Source of the DNA: an uncultured Methanosarcinaceae archaeon
GTDB lineage: Archaea; Halobacteriota; Methanosarcinia; Methanosarcinales; Methanosarcinaceae
Assembly: GCA_963721455.1 (NCBI GenBank)
Contig: CAVRJG010000033.1
Location: forward strand, 64,001-128,000
Direction of reading: 5' to 3'
DNA length: 64,000 bases
A program made the translations under genes and the position numbers. The notes under the pieces are model-generated. The model was not told the DNA's origin. It was given only the letters and a program-made list of their open reading frames with translations, and made no database searches. Positions 63,171 to 64,000 of the stretch are shown here, piece by piece. Each line of letters opens with the position of its first letter. Position 1 is the stretch's first letter.

Positions 63171-64000
63171 TCAGTCCCCCCCGGACCTGTGCAGAAGGGA
63201 TTTTAATTCTTTAGAAAGTATGACCCCGAGGCCGTCAATCATTCCCAGCAATTCGGGCAGTGTTCGGAGCACTAGATATGAAATTGCAAAGAGGGCAATT
63301 CCTGAGCCCGCTTTTGCGATATAATTATGTGCAATTACAAAACTGTCAGCACCAAACCACTGCTCTCCATAAGCTACTACCACAAAAATGTCCCTGATAA
63401 GGTTAAGAACGTAAATGACTGGCACTGACACGATGAAAGCTGTCGCGAGGCGATTAAGGGGAGCTCTGACAGCACCTATAAGCCCCATAAAGAGAGCGAT
63501 GCTTTCAATTGCCGTACAGGCAAGAATGATCTCCACTGTGTACCCGTTAAGCGTGATCATATTCCAGGCTTTCAGGTACGCAGGAATCTCGAAATAATGA
63601 AGAACCCAGAGGACCTGGGAGGTAACCCCTCCAATAATCCAGGTGTTTAGAGAGGAGAAATTCGCAAATGGAAAATAAACAAGAGCTCCAAGTGCACTGG
63701 CACTGGTAAGCATTGAAGTTATATCAAGGGAATCGGCCTCACCCTGAGCTGAAAATTCCGAATGCAGCACTTCTCGATTATTTTTTATATGGAAAGGACC
63801 CTCCCTGCACTCCCGAAACATGATATATGCTACAAGTAGACAAAATAGAGTCACTGCTATTGTCAGGAACACATTGGCATAGTCCAGGGCCTTGAGATAA
63901 TGGAGAGGCTGATAACTCCAGTGGATGGAAAATACACCCCACCCAATCCCTCCGACCAGTTTACGAGCCCTGGAGGTTCTGGGGATAACGGATGACGCAA
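63171..64000 (-). CDS. artA: Archaeosortase A (5' end beyond window)
   Basis: ACTAIES, NLIR and HNYIAK motifs; the frame stays open to the window edge (ASSVIPRTSRARKLVGGIGW...). Confidence 0.9.
   Translation of the reverse strand, partial: ASSVIPRTSRARKLVGGIGWGVFSIHWSYQPLHYLKALDYANVFLTIAVTLFCLLVAYIMFRECREGPFHIKNNREVLHSEFSAQGEADSLDITSMLTSASALGALVYFPFANFSSLNTWIIGGVTSQVLWVLHYFEIPAYLKAWNMITLNGYTVEIILACTAIESIALFMGLIGAVRAPLNRLATAFIVSVPVIYVLNLIRDIFVVVAYGEQWFGADSFVIAHNYIAKAGSGIALFAISYLVLRTLPELLGMIDGLGVILSKELKSLLHRSGGD

Overview
Archaeal chromosomal window, almost certainly Methanosarcina, inferred from gene content. Its centre is the complete pyrrolysine genetic-code-expansion locus: pylT (tRNA with a CUA anticodon), pylS, pylB, pylC and pylD. 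Next to it is the monomethylamine cluster: ramA, mtbA, mtmC, mtmB with an in-frame amber codon and PYLIS hairpin, and an mtmP-type permease with three small membrane ORFs. Other genes are trpS, pheS, two P-type ATPases, a fluoride riboswitch-crcB-DUF190 unit, ycaO-tfuA, a duplicated and partly decayed USP operon, rfc, secDF, cofE, hsp20, apgM-like, lysC, purM, argD-hisC and an artA-psd-pssA-mptD run. Several features are absent from the ORF track: a C/D-box guide sRNA (45091-45155), four small ORFs under 60 aa, a ferritin remnant, a MITE and an IS200/IS605-type end. pylB ends in an amber codon abutting the pylC start. Single-base frameshifts occur in trpS, copB and the pylS linker and may be assembly errors. 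All product calls come from recognising motifs by eye; no searches were run.
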